From a virus (lineage: Duplodnaviria; Caudoviricetes): DNA of 33,361 nt. The DNA is taken from IMG/VR virus record IMGVR_UViG_3300033076_000766, positions 1 through 33,361 of that record. One strand, 5' to 3'. The translations under genes were made by a program, and so were the position numbers. Shown here piece by piece: positions 16,557-26,150 of the stretch. The notes beneath the pieces were generated by a model. The model saw nothing but the letters and a program-made list of their open reading frames with translations, searched no databases and was not told the origin of the DNA. The stretch's first letter is position 1. The number at the start of each line of letters is the position of its first letter.

Positions 16557-18893
16557 TTAGGCCGCCAGCAAGCCGCCGGGGCGTTTCTGGTTGATGAGTT
16601 CCTGACGGATGGCCGCGCCGATTGCCGCGCCGAGCTGGCCGGGGTTGCCCGCGCCGTCCTTCTCGACTTGGCCGGTCTGCGCGTTGACGGTGACGTTCAC
16701 CGACACGCCGCCCGAGCCCTGGCCACGGTAGTGGTCCACGACGCTCTCCTGCGGGTGCAGCATGGCCAAGAAACCGCCCTTGCCATCCATGCCGCCCGAG
16801 CGGCTGCCGCTACCCGTGTAGCCGCCACCATCGAGCGACGGCAGTGCCGTTGCTGTGACGCTGCCAGCGGCCACAGGACTGGCCACAGCGCCAGTGCCAC
16901 CGAACCACGAGCCGGCCATGCCCTTCATTGCGGCAGCCAGCGGACCGGTGATCGAGGACTGAATCTGAATGCGGATGAGGTCCTTGATGATGCTGGTCGC
17001 CAGGTCGCGGAAGTTGAACTTGCCCGTCATGGCAAATTCCACGAGCGCGTCCTCCATGCCCTTGAAGGCATTGGTCATGGCGTTCTCCACCAGCTTGGCG
17101 GTGTTGCTCGCCTCATCGGCGTATTTCTTGAGGGCCTCCTTGGCGCCGTACTGCCAGGTGCGCGACTGCTCGTAGTTCACCTTCTCGATCTCGGTGCGCA
17201 GCGTGCCGGCAGCCTCGGCGGCCTTGCGGTAGCCCTCGGCTTCATCCGACGTCATGCCGCGCGTTTTGACGCGCAGGTCGTATTCGCGCTGCTTCGTCTC
17301 GACCAACTGCTTGTACTCGAAATCGGTCATGTCGACCTTTTCGGCCTCCAGACGCAGCATGTCGTTTTGCTGGGCGAGGTCGTCGATGTAGTAGCGCAGC
17401 GCCTTGGACTTGCGGTCATCGATCACCGACACATCGAGGTCGGCTTTCTTGCGAGCGGTAATTCCCTCCTGCTCCAGGCGGCGCACTTCGGCCTGGGCCT
17501 CGGCAATCTTGCGGGCCTTGTCGATTTCCTGGGCGGCGTCTTTGGTTGGCTGGGCTTTCTCGCTCAGGATGCGCTCCTCAGCGAGGCGCTTTTCCTCCGC
17601 GATCTGCTTCTGCTTGATCTCGGTGATGCGGCGCACATAGTCGCCGTCCGACAGCTCGTTCTTCTGGTGGTAGCTCTCGATGACCTGGCGCTCAAACTCC
17701 AGGTTGCGGATGCGCTCCTGCGTGGCCGCCTGCATTTCGGCGAGGCGCTTGGCGGACGATGCGACGAGCTTGCGGTCATTGAGGCCGCTGGCTTCTTCCT
17801 CGACCTGGCGGCGACGCTCGGCCTGAATGTCGGCGTCCTTCTGGGTCAGGCGCTCCATCTCGCGCTGGTTGTCTTTCAGCGTCTGCAGACGGGCACGCGC
17901 GGCCTGTAGCTCGGGGCTGTCCGCCGAGATATTGGCGCCACGCTTGGACGCCGCCGCGCGCATTTCCTCGGCGGCGTTGAGCGACTTCTCTAGGGTGGCG
18001 ATCTGGTCTTTGAGGGTTTCGGGGCGGCCGACATTGGCGATCTTGTCACCAGCCCAGCTTGCCGCTTCGCCTACCGATTTCCATGCGCGCTCCAGCCAAC
18101 CGAGCTGGGGCTTGCGTAACTCGAGTTCCTGGCCCAGCAGGCGCGAGTTCAGCGCCACAGCCTCCTCGATGCGGCCCTGCTGTTCGAGCTGCTTGATGTA
18201 TTTGAACTGGTCGAGCGTGAGGTAGCCGATCGCGCGGTTGTGCGCGGCAGCCCAGGCGGCCACACCATTGGCCATCTGCGCAAAATCCTTGATGACGGCG
18301 TCGGCCGTTTGCCCGCTGATATCCTTGAAGCGGGTCATGGCCATGACCACGGGTTCGAGCGACTGCTGGCCAAACAGGCCGGTGCCGATCGCACCCATCA
18401 GCAGCTCCTTGTTGCCGCCTATCGTGCCGTTGTTGGCCGACATGGTGCCGGCGAGCTGCTGAAACTTGTCGTAGTTGAGCGCGGCGATGTTGCCGGTCAG
18501 GGCGAGCTTCTTGTTGAACTCGTTGACCTCGGTCTGGCCGTCGTAGAAGCCCTTGACCAGGATGCCGACTGCGGCCGCCACGCCACCGATCGCCAGGCGC
18601 ACAGGCGTCAGCGCAGACGCCAGCGAGCGGAACATATTGCCGAAACCGCCAAAGCTGTCTTTGATCTGGCCGCCCTGTTGCAGCAAGATCATGAAGGGGT
18701 TTTGGCCGCCGGCGAGCTGTGTGGCGATATCGGTGAACTGAGCCGGCAGCATGCGAAACGCCATGGCCGTCTGGGCCGCGCTCACCTGGCCGGCAGCGCC
18801 GACATTCTTGATGCTCTCGGCGAGCTTATCGACCTGCGCCTGACCTTGTGTGGTCGCGGTAATGCGGAAAAATGCGCCGGTCTCAATCGCCAT
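16557..18893 (-). CDS. H: tail tape measure protein (lambda gpH-like), 778 aa
   Basis: [18 protein letters not shown], long helical region, [13 protein letters not shown]-terminal NQKRPGGLL. Confidence 0.95.
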   Translation of the reverse strand: MAIETGAFFRITATTQGQAQVDKLAESIKNVGAAGQVSAAQTAMAFRMLPAQFTDIATQLAGGQNPFMILLQQGGQIKDSFGGFGNMFRSLASALTPVRLAIGGVAAAVGILVKGFYDGQTEVNEFNKKLALTGNIAALNYDKFQQLAGTMSANNGTIGGNKELLMGAIGTGLFGQQSLEPVVMAMTRFKDISGQTADAVIKDFAQMANGVAAWAAAHNRAIGYLTLDQFKYIKQLEQQGRIEEAVALNSRLLGQELELRKPQLGWLERAWKSVGEAASWAGDKIANVGRPETLKDQIATLEKSLNAAEEMRAAASKRGANISADSPELQAARARLQTLKDNQREMERLTQKDADIQAERRRQVEEEASGLNDRKLVASSAKRLAEMQAATQERIRNLEFERQVIESYHQKNELSDGDYVRRITEIKQKQIAEEKRLAEERILSEKAQPTKDAAQEIDKARKIAEAQAEVRRLEQEGITARKKADLDVSVIDDRKSKALRYYIDDLAQQNDMLRLEAEKVDMTDFEYKQLVETKQREYDLRVKTRGMTSDEAEGYRKAAEAAGTLRTEIEKVNYEQSRTWQYGAKEALKKYADEASNTAKLVENAMTNAFKGMEDALVEFAMTGKFNFRDLATSIIKDLIRIQIQSSITGPLAAAMKGMAGSWFGGTGAVASPVAAGSVTATALPSLDGGGYTGSGSRSGGMDGKGGFLAMLHPQESVVDHYRGQGSGGVSVNVTVNAQTGQVEKDGAGNPGQLGAAIGAAIRQELINQKRPGGLLAA

Positions 18894-18894
18894 A

Positions 18895-19209
18895 CTATTC
18901 CTCTCTCAGCACCTCTAGGGCAGCGCTTTCCATCGTTTGAATTTGCCGGAACAACTCAGGTGTCGCCGGTGTCCCCATGAATTCTAAGGCCGCCCGCACC
19001 CCCGCGTAGTCCATGCCGACCGGTCCCTGTGGCCCGTGACGCCATTGCGTCTGCAGGCGGTGAAACAGGTTGAGCGGCTCGACGTTTTCGGCCCACAACT
19101 CAAAGTCCTCAGCCTGCATGGCTGCCACGAATTCTTCGGGCGGTGCACCGAACAAGCCGAAGTCCTGCTCAATCTCCTTTGTTCCGCCATGGCTCAGGAG
19201 GTAAGCCAC
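18895..19209 (-). CDS. tail assembly chaperone gpT-like (probably made as a G-T frameshift fusion)
   Basis: LQTQWR..GMDY..V..METE-like (QTMESAAL) pattern; lies in the -1 frame relative to the upstream chaperone. Confidence 0.8.
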   Translation of the reverse strand: MAYLLSHGGTKEIEQDFGLFGAPPEEFVAAMQAEDFELWAENVEPLNLFHRLQTQWRHGPQGPVGMDYAGVRAALEFMGTPATPELFRQIQTMESAALEVLREE

Positions 19210-19217
19210 GGCGTCAC

Positions 19218-19562
19218 TCAGTTTTTTTCCTGTGCGGCCCCAGAGTTCGCCTGCGTGAACACTCGAAAGATCGCCAAGCCGACGCCTGGGATTTCCAGGA
19301 AGCGCTCACGGTTGGCCTCGCTGAACGGGACCTCCTCGTTTTCGCCCAGCACGCCAGACCAGCCGACCAGGATTTGACGCACGGCATCGAGGCCGGTCAT
19401 TTCGCCAGCCGTCACACGGTTGCCGAGGTCCTCGGCTTCCGAGCGCGTCAGGCGCTTGAACACGGCGTCGAATGTTCCGGTGTCATAGCCACCGCCGTCC
19501 TTCGGAATGCTGACCTTGACGGGCCAGCGGAAGGTGTCGCTTTGCGTGATCTTGATGGCCAT
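19218..19562 (-). CDS. tail assembly chaperone gpG-like
   Basis: Between tail tube and tape measure; ILVGWSGV..EVPFS; ends ..EKN on a slippery sequence. Confidence 0.85.
   Translation of the reverse strand: MAIKITQSDTFRWPVKVSIPKDGGGYDTGTFDAVFKRLTRSEAEDLGNRVTAGEMTGLDAVRQILVGWSGVLGENEEVPFSEANRERFLEIPGVGLAIFRVFTQANSGAAQEKN
19221..19227 (-). other. -1 programmed ribosomal frameshift site A_AAA_AAC
   Basis: Minus strand CAG GAA AAA AAC TGA; the -1 frame continues [14 protein letters not shown] into ORF 18895..19209. Confidence 0.85.
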
Positions 19563-20497
19563 TACTTCACGCTGATCAAGAGTTCATCGTTGCCCGCGCT
19601 GGACGGGATGTAGTTCGTACCGAACTGCAGCATCGAGACGCCGTCCATGTCCTGGTACTGAGGCTTGGTGAGCTGCACGCGCGAGCTGGTGATCTGCACC
19701 TTGTTGCCGCCGGTGATGCCGTGCGTGATATCGAGCGCGCCGAGCGTTGCGGCCTTGGCCAGCGACCACCAGTCCTTCGCGGTCACGGTGGTGGCCTCGA
19801 TGGTCATGCTGCCCTGTGGCTCGCGGTCGGTGATGAGCACGGCTTCGGAGCCACCCACCAGCGTGCGGTGCACGATGGAGTTGGTGAGGTCGAGCTGGAA
19901 GTCGGACAACACGGCCGAGTAGCCATGCAGCGTGAAGGGCGTGGTGTTCACGTTGGTGACGGTCAAAGGCGTCTGGAATGCCGAGTAAGTCGGTGCGGGC
20001 AAGGCCACATCGCTCACGGCGTTGTAGAGGCCGGTGAACTGGAACTTGAACACCGGAATGTCCTTGACCTTCATCTGGATGGACACGGTGCCGCGAGCGC
20101 CAGTGAGCTTGTGCAGCACGCCGTCGTTGTTGAGGTAGATCGTGACCGATTCAAACGATGCGCTGATGGGCGCGTAGTCCACCTTGGTGCTAGCCGTGAT
20201 TGTCTCGGACAGACCGCAGGCACGCAGCAGAGGGCCGTAGCCGGGGACGGTACCAGCAGCACCAGCGCCGGCAATCTCCACCTCGAAATCGACGGTGGCG
20301 CGAATGGCGGCGGGCAGCTGCTCAGAGCGGCCGAGATAAGGGCGGACCAGGTCGCGGTCGACGAAGTCGGCATCCTGGGGCGACACGTTGAGGTTGCGCA
20401 CCAAGATCGCGTTGGCCGCGCCAGTTGGGACGGGGTCGGTGCCGTAAGTGGTTTCGATTTTGGCGAGAATTACTCGCTTCCGTTGCAGCAAAGGCAT
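19562..20497 (-). CDS. major tail tube protein
   Basis: RKRVILAKIETTYGTDP, YGPLLRACG, GARGTV, GNDELLI; position between terminator and chaperones. Confidence 0.85.
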   Translation of the reverse strand: MPLLQRKRVILAKIETTYGTDPVPTGAANAILVRNLNVSPQDADFVDRDLVRPYLGRSEQLPAAIRATVDFEVEIAGAGAAGTVPGYGPLLRACGLSETITASTKVDYAPISASFESVTIYLNNDGVLHKLTGARGTVSIQMKVKDIPVFKFQFTGLYNAVSDVALPAPTYSAFQTPLTVTNVNTTPFTLHGYSAVLSDFQLDLTNSIVHRTLVGGSEAVLITDREPQGSMTIEATTVTAKDWWSLAKAATLGALDITHGITGGNKVQITSSRVQLTKPQYQDMDGVSMLQFGTNYIPSSAGNDELLISVK

Positions 20498-20500
20498 GGT

Positions 20501-20653
20501 TTACTCCTGCACCGGCTCGGGCGCGTCAGTGGGTTGTTGATCAGGTTGTGCATCGGCATGTTGCGTGCGCTCTTGGAGCGTGCGCTTGCCGGTTTTCGGG
20601 TTCAGAACGTAGCTTCCGCCATGTCCTTCGTGTTCGTCATTCAAATCACTCAT
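20501..20653 (-). CDS. small phage protein, 50 aa
   Basis: Not in the track. ATGA-coupled to the upstream gene; MSDLNDEHEGHGGSYVLNPKTGKRTLQERT...; its end provides the SD (GGAG) of the tube gene. Confidence 0.7.
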   Translation of the reverse strand: MSDLNDEHEGHGGSYVLNPKTGKRTLQERTQHADAQPDQQPTDAPEPVQE

Positions 20654-21072
20654 GTGGTCATATCCCCATAACTGTGGCGAAATTTTACGGAATAGTTGTG
20701 CGTGACTTTCGCAGCGGGAAAGTCTGCTGCGATTATTTCGCTGTTTGCGTCCTCTAAACGCATATCGATGGCCAGGCCACCGAGCGATGTGTCGGACATG
20801 ACCAGGTTGTGCACCGACACCAGAATATCGTCGGCCGCCTGGTCGGGAGTGTCGTCGCGGGTAAAGACGGCCACCTCCACCATGAGCACGCGCTCAAGCT
20901 GCGGGACCGTCTCGGGCGCGGCCTGTTCGCTGGTCCACTGGACGGCGACAAAGGGCGCAAGTTCGCGGGGGTTGGGGTCGGCCTGGCTGCGATAGACGCG
21001 ACCGCCTACGCCGACGGTGTCGGCCAGCTTGGCCATGATGGCCTGGACGATCTGCTCGCGCTTGCTTGCCAT
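20650..21072 (-). CDS. tail terminator (gpU-like)
   Basis: SKREQIV..GRVYRS..SDTSLGGLA pattern; position before the tail tube gene. Confidence 0.75.
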   Translation of the reverse strand: MASKREQIVQAIMAKLADTVGVGGRVYRSQADPNPRELAPFVAVQWTSEQAAPETVPQLERVLMVEVAVFTRDDTPDQAADDILVSVHNLVMSDTSLGGLAIDMRLEDANSEIIAADFPAAKVTHNYSVKFRHSYGDMTT

Positions 21073-21074
21073 GG

Positions 21075-21371
21075 TCAGAGTTTTGAGAGCGTAGCGGTCA
21101 CCAGTTGTCCGTCGGCCTTCAAGCGGACGTCACGGACACGGAATGCGATGCCGTCGACCGTTCCTTGGTCGCCGGATTTGACCCCCACCAGGGAGGTCAC
21201 GGGGTAGACGATGCTGTATTCGTTGGTGAGCACAGAATCGCCGAAAATGTCTTGAGTCTGGGCATTGAACATGACCAGAGCAGATACCGGCGCACCTCCA
21301 GCAGAGGTGAAGGTCGCCTGGACGGCGAACTCTGCCCCGCTGAAAAATGCGCTGATATCCTCGGAGAACAC
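21075..21371 (-). CDS. head-tail joining protein (gpFII-like)
   Basis: MFSEDISAFF..EFA, GDQGTVDG..FRVRDV..DG; size and position. Confidence 0.75.
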   Translation of the reverse strand: MFSEDISAFFSGAEFAVQATFTSAGGAPVSALVMFNAQTQDIFGDSVLTNEYSIVYPVTSLVGVKSGDQGTVDGIAFRVRDVRLKADGQLVTATLSKL

Positions 21372-21373
21372 GA

Positions 21374-21547
21374 TCAGCCTTCGGCAGTATCGGCCGCCTT
21401 GGCGGCTTTCTTGCTGGCGGCTGCGGCCTCAGCGGCACCGCTGGCAATCAGGGCTTCGGCAGCTGCCTCGTCCTTGAGTTCCAGGGTGTCGCCTTCGGCG
21501 TAGTCCTTCCCGTCGTGGTTGACGGGGGAGAGCACGGTCAATTTCAT
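21374..21547 (-). CDS. small post-capsid protein, 57 aa
   Basis: Not in the track. MKLTVLSPVNHDGKDYAEGDTLELKDEAAAEALIASGAAE...; SD GAGG. The HDG..Y..GD motif is typical of small genes that follow the capsid gene. Confidence 0.75.
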   Translation of the reverse strand: MKLTVLSPVNHDGKDYAEGDTLELKDEAAAEALIASGAAEAAAASKKAAKAADTAEG

Positions 21548-21561
21548 GCTATCCCCTCGCC

Positions 21562-22515
21562 TTACGCCACGGCGTTGGTGATCAAGTAACCAGCGCCAGC
21601 ACCTGCGATCACAGGAGCCTCAGCGCGGGTCACTGGAACGAACCAGGACTTGGCGTTGCGGTCGAAGTAGGGCTGCTCAACGATTGGGTAGCCGTTCAGG
21701 TTGTAGGTGTAACCGAAGGTCGGTGTACCCATGTCGGCCAAAGCGGCTGTCTCGGTGAAGCCCAAGACAACGTCCTTGCCCCACACATCGCTGAATGCTG
21801 TGCCGGCGTCGTTGGAGTAGATCGCGTCGCCCACGAGCACCTTTTCCACGCCGAACAAGCCGGCCAGGATATCGGCAGTCGCCACGTCGCGGCCTGTGTA
21901 CTTCATGCGGTCCACGATCACGGGGTGAGCGCGGAGCTTGGCCATCACAGCCGCACCCATGATCAACACGTTGGGACGCTTGCCGGTGGCAGCGCGGATG
22001 GCTTCCTTGGCGGTCTCAACGTTGTTGATGGGGTTGGACGTGCCGCTGTAGTCGCTCCACTGACCGGTACCGGACAAGGTGACCTTGTTGTTGGAACCGT
22101 AGTTGCCAGCAGTGCGAGCCAAGTCGGCCTGAGCTTTCTCCAGGCGCAGAGCCATGATGCTCGACACCTTCTTGATCGCCATGGCCATGTGGTCGATAGA
22201 CCAGCCGTTCGCGCCGTTCGCGCCTTCTTGGTACACCTCGATTGGCACTGCGCCTTCCAAGCTGTAGTCCACGAGCGCGAAGTTCGAGCCAGAGTAGCCG
22301 AACTGGATGCGCTTGGTGTTTTCACCAGGTGCGCGTGCGCTGTTGTACAGCATGAAGTCTTCTTTGCCGAAGGTGATGATCTTGCCAGCGCGGAGGCTGA
22401 CAGGAACCTGTGGGAACAAAGCGCCGCCGACGAAGTCGGGCTGCTTGTAACCCTGAGCAACGTTGGTCAGGACGGGGTCGATTACCCGTACTTGGGAGAG
22501 GTTCAACTGAGACAT
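21562..22515 (-). CDS. major capsid protein (HK97 fold)
   Basis: IDPVLTNVAQGY..LFPQVPV, LSGTGQWSDY..SNP, RPNVLIMG, GYLITNAV; strong SD TAAGGAG; 317 aa. Confidence 0.9.
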   Translation of the reverse strand: MSQLNLSQVRVIDPVLTNVAQGYKQPDFVGGALFPQVPVSLRAGKIITFGKEDFMLYNSARAPGENTKRIQFGYSGSNFALVDYSLEGAVPIEVYQEGANGANGWSIDHMAMAIKKVSSIMALRLEKAQADLARTAGNYGSNNKVTLSGTGQWSDYSGTSNPINNVETAKEAIRAATGKRPNVLIMGAAVMAKLRAHPVIVDRMKYTGRDVATADILAGLFGVEKVLVGDAIYSNDAGTAFSDVWGKDVVLGFTETAALADMGTPTFGYTYNLNGYPIVEQPYFDRNAKSWFVPVTRAEAPVIAGAGAGYLITNAVA

Positions 22516-22537
22516 TTGGAATGCTCCTTATTTGAAA

Positions 22538-22876
22538 TTAGTTAGGGATGATCAGCACTTCGACGATATCGCCGGCGGCCGATGCTGCGTTGAGCGCGCG
22601 ACCGATTGCGACACCAGCGGACTTGGTGACCACCTGAGTGACAGTCGAACCGACTTCGACCAGCGAGCCGGCGGTGATGGCGGCGCCAGCAACAGCCAAG
22701 GCGGTGCCGAGGACAGTCACGGGAACCAAGTCGCCAGAGGCGGCTGCCACGTTGGCGAAGCCCACGGCGTTACCAGCGGCCGTAGCTGCTGCACCGGATG
22801 CCTGGACGGGCTGATACTGAGCCAGCGCGGCGCCGGCGGTGACGCTCTTTACGAGCAGAGGGATGTTACCTTGCAT
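22538..22876 (-). CDS. capsid cement/decoration protein (DUF2190-like)
   Basis: Ala/Gly/Val-rich; AGAAITAG, GRALNAASAAGDIVEVL; SD TAAGGAG; immediately before the capsid gene. Confidence 0.85.
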   Translation of the reverse strand: MQGNIPLLVKSVTAGAALAQYQPVQASGAAATAAGNAVGFANVAAASGDLVPVTVLGTALAVAGAAITAGSLVEVGSTVTQVVTKSAGVAIGRALNAASAAGDIVEVLIIPN

Positions 22877-22888
22877 GATGAAAACTCC

Positions 22889-23329
22889 TTATTTGGAAAC
22901 GGCTTTGACGGCGGCGAGGTAGTCGGTACCGGGGTGCTTGGCCATGTAGGCTTTTGCGTCGGTGTCGAGCTTCGCTGCGGTGGCATCCACCTGGAAACCT
23001 TCGGGCACGCGCATGCCGGTCTTAGCGGCAGCGGGTTCTTCCTCGATCTCGACGGATGTTGGGACGGGCGCGGGTGCGTCGTTCTGGCGTGCGCTGGCAG
23101 CACCAGCGACGCGGCTGCGTTCAGCAGCGAGCACCTGCACGGCGGCCTCTGGGCCAGTGGTCTTGCCGTCGAAAGCCAAGGCTTCGATCAGCGCTTCGTG
23201 GCCGGGCATGGATTGCTCACGCACGGCCTGGATGCGGGCGCGTTCGGCCTCAGCGCCTTCTGCGCGCAACATAGCTGCGGCATCAGCGTTTTCGGCGACG
23301 AACTTGGCCGCGAGTTCTTTGGGGTCCAT
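22889..23329 (-). CDS. nested in-frame scaffold protein (Nu3-like)
   Basis: Internal ATG 23329 (MDPKELAAKF) preceded by AAGGAG at 6 nt spacing; AEGAEAERARI motif. Confidence 0.75.
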   Translation of the reverse strand: MDPKELAAKFVAENADAAAMLRAEGAEAERARIQAVREQSMPGHEALIEALAFDGKTTGPEAAVQVLAAERSRVAGAASARQNDAPAPVPTSVEIEEEPAAAKTGMRVPEGFQVDATAAKLDTDAKAYMAKHPGTDYLAAVKAVSK

Positions 23330-24298
23330 AGACACTCCTTGAATGGTTGGTTCAATTTCGACGTGCGGCACCGGCTCGTCGGTCAGGTTTTCATCAGCAG
23401 CAGCACCGGCTGCCAGATGATCGGCGCCAGCCGCAGCGATCTTTGCCTTGCGGCGCGATGCGAATTGGCTGGGGTTATCGGCCAGCTTGGCGACCATCGC
23501 GTCCACGGTGGCGACACCGTCCACGAGGCCGGCGTCAATCGCCTGCTGCCCGATGAAAATGCGACCGTCGGCCATGTGCTGCAGCACCTGGTCGGCGCTG
23601 ACCTTGCGGTTCTGCGCGACGGTCTCGACAAAGACGCGGTAGATTTCGTCCACCTGCGACTGGATGTAGGCCTTGCCCTCGGCGCTGAGCGGCGCGCTTT
23701 CGCTGCCCATGCGCTTGTATTTGCCGGCCGTGATTTCGGTGGTCTGCTTGGCGGCAGTGCGTGGGTCATACGCATGCGTGGCCACCACGCCGATCGAGCC
23801 GACATAGTCGGTCAAGCCGCTGATGTAGACCGCATTGGCCGCGCTGCCGAGCCAGTAGCCGGCGCTGGCCATCGTGCCCGTGCAGCAGGTGACGGTGGGC
23901 TTCTCGGCCGCCAGAGATTTGATGCTCGCGGCGAGCGCGGGGATGCCCAGCACGTTGCCGCCGGGGCTGTCCATGTCGATCACCACGGCGCGCACCATGG
24001 GGTCAGCGCGCATGCTCTCGACCTGCTGCTGCAGGAGCTGCGCAGAGGCGCCGCCAGAGACGCGGGTGAACATATTGGCCTTGTTGGAAATGACGCCGCT
24101 GATCGGCAGCACTGCCACGCCGTTGTCGCGGATTTCGTAATCCTGCTGTTCGTTGGCCAGCGGTCGGCCCAGGCGAGCTTCAATCGCCTCAATGTCGATC
24201 TTCTCGCCACGGAAATGAGACGAGTACACCGCCTGAATTTCGCGCAGCTTCTCGGGCATGATCGCCCAGGGGCTGGTCAAAACGTCAATGAGTTTCAT
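22889..24298 (-). CDS. prohead protease, S49 family (lambda gpC-like), with C-terminal scaffold region
   Basis: PWAIMP, DMDSPGG, MASAGYWLGS, VGSIGV, AGKYK, AIDAGLVDGV. Confidence 0.93.
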   Translation of the reverse strand: MKLIDVLTSPWAIMPEKLREIQAVYSSHFRGEKIDIEAIEARLGRPLANEQQDYEIRDNGVAVLPISGVISNKANMFTRVSGGASAQLLQQQVESMRADPMVRAVVIDMDSPGGNVLGIPALAASIKSLAAEKPTVTCCTGTMASAGYWLGSAANAVYISGLTDYVGSIGVVATHAYDPRTAAKQTTEITAGKYKRMGSESAPLSAEGKAYIQSQVDEIYRVFVETVAQNRKVSADQVLQHMADGRIFIGQQAIDAGLVDGVATVDAMVAKLADNPSQFASRRKAKIAAAGADHLAAGAAADENLTDEPVPHVEIEPTIQGVSMDPKELAAKFVAENADAAAMLRAEGAEAERARIQAVREQSMPGHEALIEALAFDGKTTGPEAAVQVLAAERSRVAGAASARQNDAPAPVPTSVEIEEEPAAAKTGMRVPEGFQVDATAAKLDTDAKAYMAKHPGTDYLAAVKAVSK

Positions 24299-24337
24299 GG
24301 TTGCGAATTGTATTGATGGGCGCGTTGCAAAACGCGC
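24299..24337 (-). promoter_or_regulatory. putative internal late promoter for protease/capsid genes
   Basis: TACAAT (24307-24312) 8 nt before the ATG with no SD; inverted repeat GCGCGTT-GCAA-AACGCGC at 24320-24337. Confidence 0.45.
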
Positions 24338-24351
24338 GAACCCTGAGAATT

Positions 24352-24696
24352 TCAGGGGCCTACTGGAAGCACGTTGAGCAAAGCCTTTGCGACCAGCGTG
24401 TTATTGAGCGACGTCGTGAAAGTCGCGGTCACTGCGTAGCGGCGCGGGTCCTTGGTGTTGAGCGCCGTGCCACCGCTGATGCGGACCTGCACCACCTTGC
24501 CGGCGGCCACCGTGCGGCCATCGGGATAGGTCACGGCGGTGACATTCACCACTGGCGAGCCGAAGGTCAGCGCATCGGGCGATACGTTCGGCAGGCCCGC
24601 CACCGTCGGTGTGCCCGTGATGGTTTCGCCAGCCGCGAGCAATTCGCTGCAGTCGATATCGAAAAGGGCGCTTTCGCCCGGATATTTTTCAAGCAT
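24352..24696 (-). CDS. putative fibre adaptor/base protein
   Basis: Beta-rich, 114 aa. EKYPGESALFDIDCSELL..GETI and VQVRISGGT resemble the KxPxE..(F/Y)xxD..L..GETI virion adaptor family (recalled, not searched). Confidence 0.5.
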   Translation of the reverse strand: MLEKYPGESALFDIDCSELLAAGETITGTPTVAGLPNVSPDALTFGSPVVNVTAVTYPDGRTVAAGKVVQVRISGGTALNTKDPRRYAVTATFTTSLNNTLVAKALLNVLPVGP

Positions 24697-25735
24697 GGAA
24701 GGTCCTCTCTGGTGCGCTTGGCACCCACACGCGACCCAGCGCGTCGGTGGTCACGACGCGCACCGTGGCGCCCGCGACCCATCGGCGTTCGAGGTCATTT
24801 TTCTGAATGTCGGTGAAGGCTCCGCCAGACGCGGCGAAGCGGTCGGCCCCGATCTCTGTCGCTGCCATCAATCCAAGGCGCGGAGCCTTTGCGCTGGCGG
24901 CGAACGTGTCAGCGCCCTCGCTTGTGGCCATGGTACCGCGCACCGCCACCTTGCCGGCGGCCGTGGCTGTATCGGTGCCCGTTTCGCTGGCGCTGAGGGC
25001 ACCACGCACGGCGACTGTGCCCGACGCTGCCAGGGTGTCGGCGCCAGTCTCGGTGGCCGCCATGGTGCCTGTTCGGGTCGAGGCGGCCGCGCTGGTGTTG
25101 AACTCCACAGCCACAGCGCCGAACGATGTGGCCGAGGTGCTCGCCCAGGTGATGGTCGAGCCGCTGAAACCTGAATCGATCGACACCACTTCCAGGCCCG
25201 TCGTGGGTGATGTGAAGCCGGTGCCGTCGAATTGCTCGGTCCAGCCGCTGGGCTGCGTGATGCCCGCCGGCGACGACGCATTGCCGACGAAACCAATCAG
25301 CGGGTTGGATGAGCTGGCCGCAGCCCCGAGCGTGATGCTCGGCGTGCCGCCTGACGAAATGTTGTTCTGCACGCCGGACTGCACCACCGCCGATGCTCCG
25401 GCACGCGATAGACCTTGCACCGACAGCACGTCGATGAAAGCGCCCGTGGCTGGGTCGCCCGTGCAATCGAAAGTGGCGGTCTGCGACACCGCTGAGGCCA
25501 CCAGGCTGTCGGCGACAAACAGATACAGCGTGTCGTTGGACGACGCCTTGGTGGCGCTCGTGATCTTGGTGAAGGTGATGCCGGCCGAGGTGGTGAAACT
25601 GCCAGGCGCCACGCAGGACGGCGCGACGACGCAGGCCACCAACAAGTCACCGACGGCAGGCGTAAACGCACCCGTCGTGTAGCTCGTGACATTCGAGCTG
25701 TCGGCGAGCGTGACGCGCTGGACTACGGTTGCCAT
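24689..25735 (-). CDS. S/T/A-rich virion protein with globular N-domain and C-terminal repeats
   Basis: AVGDLLVACV and TQPSGWT motifs; four ~22-aa repeats near the C-terminus. Confidence 0.6.
   Translation of the reverse strand: MATVVQRVTLADSSNVTSYTTGAFTPAVGDLLVACVVAPSCVAPGSFTTSAGITFTKITSATKASSNDTLYLFVADSLVASAVSQTATFDCTGDPATGAFIDVLSVQGLSRAGASAVVQSGVQNNISSGGTPSITLGAAASSSNPLIGFVGNASSPAGITQPSGWTEQFDGTGFTSPTTGLEVVSIDSGFSGSTITWASTSATSFGAVAVEFNTSAAASTRTGTMAATETGADTLAASGTVAVRGALSASETGTDTATAAGKVAVRGTMATSEGADTFAASAKAPRLGLMAATEIGADRFAASGGAFTDIQKNDLERRWVAGATVRVVTTDALGRVWVPSAPERTFHA
24818..25080 (-). repeat. four tandem ~21-22 aa coding repeats
   Basis: TRTGTMAATETGADTLAASGTV / AVRGALSASETGTDTATAAGKV / AVRGTMATSE-GADTFAASAKA / PRLGLMAATEIGADRFAASGGA. 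Confidence 0.85.
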
Positions 25736-25759
25736 GTCGGGGCGCCTTTACCCGACGGC

Positions 25760-26131
25760 TCAGGCGTGAGTGATGCTCGCGCTGCTGATGGTGACGGTCT
25801 GGCCGGCGGTGATGCTCACGCTGTCCAAATTGATATCGGCGCCCGAGGTGCCGACGCTCAATCCCGTCACGACGTCCGTGCCGCCACTTGCCGTGCGGAT
25901 GCGCGCGGCAGCCGCTGTGCCGCTGGCATCGGCCGAGGCGTCCGACTGCGGCATGGTAAGGGTCAGCACACCACCCGACGCCGCAGGCGCCGCAGGGTTG
26001 GCCAAGGGGATGGTCGCCAGAATGGTGGCCATGCCGGCCGTGCCGATTTCCAGCACGCCGGTGCTACCGATGGCCGTGGTGACTGCGTTGAGGCGGGCGT
26101 TTTTGACTGCGGTGGTGTAGGTGACGGACAT
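25760..26131 (-). CDS. small beta-rich virion protein, putative fibre/filament subunit
   Basis: 123 aa, A/T/S/G-rich: YTTAVKNARL, ADASGTAAAARI, SVGTSGADINLDSVSITAGQTVTISS. Confidence 0.6.
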   Translation of the reverse strand: MSVTYTTAVKNARLNAVTTAIGSTGVLEIGTAGMATILATIPLANPAAPAASGGVLTLTMPQSDASADASGTAAAARIRTASGGTDVVTGLSVGTSGADINLDSVSITAGQTVTISSASITHA

Positions 26132-26150
26132 ACAGGCTTTCAGTGAGGCA

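Noticed and set aside
16005-17909. Long plus-strand ORFs (634 aa here; also 22532..24316, 26454..27794, 29877..31178, 31414..32739, 13250..14311, 3315..4379)
   Set aside because: Antisense shadows of well-supported minus-strand genes, expected in high-GC coding DNA; no recognisable motifs.
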